From NCBI GenBank assembly GCA_963813075.1, contig CAWEXU010000004.1, positions 256,001 to 320,000 on the forward strand: a DNA stretch of 64,000 nucleotides. Reading direction: 5' to 3'. This document shows, piece by piece, positions 62,433-64,000 of this stretch. A program made the translations under genes and the position numbers. The notes under the pieces are model-generated. The model searched no databases and had not been told where the DNA came from. It saw nothing but the letters and a program-made list of their open reading frames with translations. This DNA is from Methanotrichaceae archaeon. GTDB lineage: Archaea > Halobacteriota > Methanosarcinia > Methanotrichales > Methanotrichaceae. Within the stretch, counting starts at the first letter, position 1; each line of letters begins with the position of its first letter.

Positions 62433-63731
62433 ATGAACGAGGATACGATTATCCAAGTTGTAAAAAACGAACTATGTACAGGATGCGGAACTTGTATTGC
62501 AGCATGCCCTAAAGAAGCTATCAAGCTTACATTAAATAAAAAAAAGGGAATTTACGTTCCAGAATTAGACGAATATAAATGCAGCAAATGCGGCCTATGT
62601 TATACGATTTGCCCAGGACGCGCAATCAATCTAAAGGAGCTAAACCTAGAAGTATTTGGAAAAGAGCCAGAAGATGGTCTAATAGGGAATTATTTTGGCA
62701 TATATCTCGGTCATTCGACCGATCGTATCATTCGGTATAATTCATCTTCTGGAGGTCTAATCACTCAAATTCTGGTATTCGCTCTGGAAGAAGGAATAAT
62801 AAATGGTGCCCTTGTAACCAGGATGAAAAAAGATAATCCTTTAGAGCCGGAGCCATTTATTGCACGAACAAAAGAAGAAATAATTGAAGCATCTAAGTCT
62901 AAATACTGCCCAGTTCCTGCAAATATTGCATTAAAGGAAATTATGTGCTCCAAAATTGGAAATAAGTTTGCAGTGGTCGGTTTGCCATGCCATATTCAAG
63001 GAATCAGAAAATTGGAGCAAATAAACAGAAAATTTAAAGAGAAAATTGTTTTGCATATAGGAATTGTCTGTAACCACGTTCCAACCTTCCTTGCGACAGA
63101 ATATTTGATGAAAATGAATAGAATAAAGTATGAAGAGATTCAAAACATTGACTACCGAGGAAATGGATGGCCTGGTGAAATGCAGATTACAAAAAAATTG
63201 GGAGATAAAATTTTAATTCCATATTTTTCAAGAGACTATTGGGGAGGTCTATTTAGCTCATTTTTCTATCCATCACGTTGTCTTATATGCAACGATAAGA
63301 TGTGTCAATTGTCAGATGCCTCATTTGCAGATGCCTGGATGCCGGAATTAATGAAAAATGATGATAAGGGAACTTCATTGATCATCTCCCGAACTCTAAA
63401 ATTTGACGATCTCTTGGGAAAAATGATGTTAAATAAATTAATAAAAATAAAAAAATCTGACAAAAAAATTCTTTATCAATCGCAGGGACTATATCAAGTA
63501 AAAAAACGATTGGATGCTCGCATAAAAATATTTAAATTATTGAAAAAAGATGTCCCTGAATATAGTCGAGATATATCTAACTATGATATATATGGATGTA
63601 TTTGTGCCTTTAAGTTCTATATATTAAATTTATATTTTTCAAATAGACATTATTGGGCTGGCATCGATTTATATCGAAATTTCTTAAAAGGATGTGCTTA
63701 TATCATGACTAAATTGACAAAAAAAAGATAA
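62433..63731 (+). CDS. 4Fe-4S + coenzyme F420 hydrogenase beta-subunit-like (FrhB) protein
   Basis: CTGCGTCIAACP, CSKCGLCYTICP, SSSGG, SKY, VGLPCHI, YRGNGWPG. Confidence 0.9.
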   Translation: MNEDTIIQVVKNELCTGCGTCIAACPKEAIKLTLNKKKGIYVPELDEYKCSKCGLCYTICPGRAINLKELNLEVFGKEPEDGLIGNYFGIYLGHSTDRIIRYNSSSGGLITQILVFALEEGIINGALVTRMKKDNPLEPEPFIARTKEEIIEASKSKYCPVPANIALKEIMCSKIGNKFAVVGLPCHIQGIRKLEQINRKFKEKIVLHIGIVCNHVPTFLATEYLMKMNRIKYEEIQNIDYRGNGWPGEMQITKKLGDKILIPYFSRDYWGGLFSSFFYPSRCLICNDKMCQLSDASFADAWMPELMKNDDKGTSLIISRTLKFDDLLGKMMLNKLIKIKKSDKKILYQSQGLYQVKKRLDARIKIFKLLKKDVPEYSRDISNYDIYGCICAFKFYILNLYFSNRHYWAGIDLYRNFLKGCAYIMTKLTKKR

Positions 63732-63738
63732 TGACTAT

Positions 63739-64000
63739 TTAATGATTTAGCAAATCTTTAACCAATTCAGCGCTATGCCACGCCAGTCTTTTTTGCTCTT
63801 CCACCCTAATTTTAAGCTCCTCATGTATCCTATTCCTATTTTCCCATAAATCATCAAATTCTAATTTCATCTCGTCCAATGTAGCACTTTTATAGTTACA
63901 TACATATTTTTCTTGACCTACGCTCCGCATAATTCCATAGTATTTATGACTCCACGCGGTCGCAATTGTTGGAGTACATGTTGAGATTGCTGCTATATCT
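63739..64000 (-). CDS. Polysaccharide pyruvyl transferase family protein (C-terminal part)
   Basis: IAAISTCTPTIATAWSHKYYGIM resembles the WcaK-like C-terminus; next to the FrhB-like gene. Confidence 0.75.
   Translation of the reverse strand, partial: DIAAISTCTPTIATAWSHKYYGIMRSVGQEKYVCNYKSATLDEMKLEFDDLWENRNRIHEELKIRVEEQKRLAWHSAELVKDLLNH

Noticed and set aside
62433..63731. A methanogenesis F420-reducing hydrogenase operon
   Set aside because: No frhA/frhG nearby; AT-rich glycan-locus context points to the polysaccharide-associated FrhB-like family

Overview
This is an archaeal window, most consistent with a Methanothrix (Methanosaeta)-like methanogen; that assignment is inferred from ribosomal protein content, gene order and IS types. 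(1) 1-19 kb: Fe-S/redox genes (iscU, 2-oxoacid:ferredoxin oxidoreductase alpha/beta, rubredoxin, ferritin), a bacterial-type queuine tRNA-guanine transglycosylase coupled to a YhhQ/VUT transporter, a WxL/fimbrial-like secreted pair, purB, and a wHTH + nucleotidyltransferase pair abutting an intron-containing tRNA-Ser(GGA). (2) 19-35 kb, minus strand: the S10/spc ribosomal superoperon, running from a SPOUT methyltransferase and rpl3 to secY-DUF106-cmk-cbf5, with no adk. (3) 35.2-38.8 kb: one large CHAT(caspase-like)-STAND NTPase-TPR gene with 120-bp tandem repeats. (4) 39-64 kb: a mostly AT-rich surface-glycan island with unusual tailoring enzymes, many intact and nested IS elements (ISL3, IS66, IS110, IS1634, IS200/605, IS630) and a probable 5' fragment of a group II intron. 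Single-base frameshifts in essential ribosomal genes show that the sequence contains indel errors, so most isolated frameshifts are treated as artefacts. The best candidates for undescribed biology are the archaeal queuine-salvage operon, the caspase-NLR-like receptor and the amino-acid/pyruvyl glycan tailoring set.
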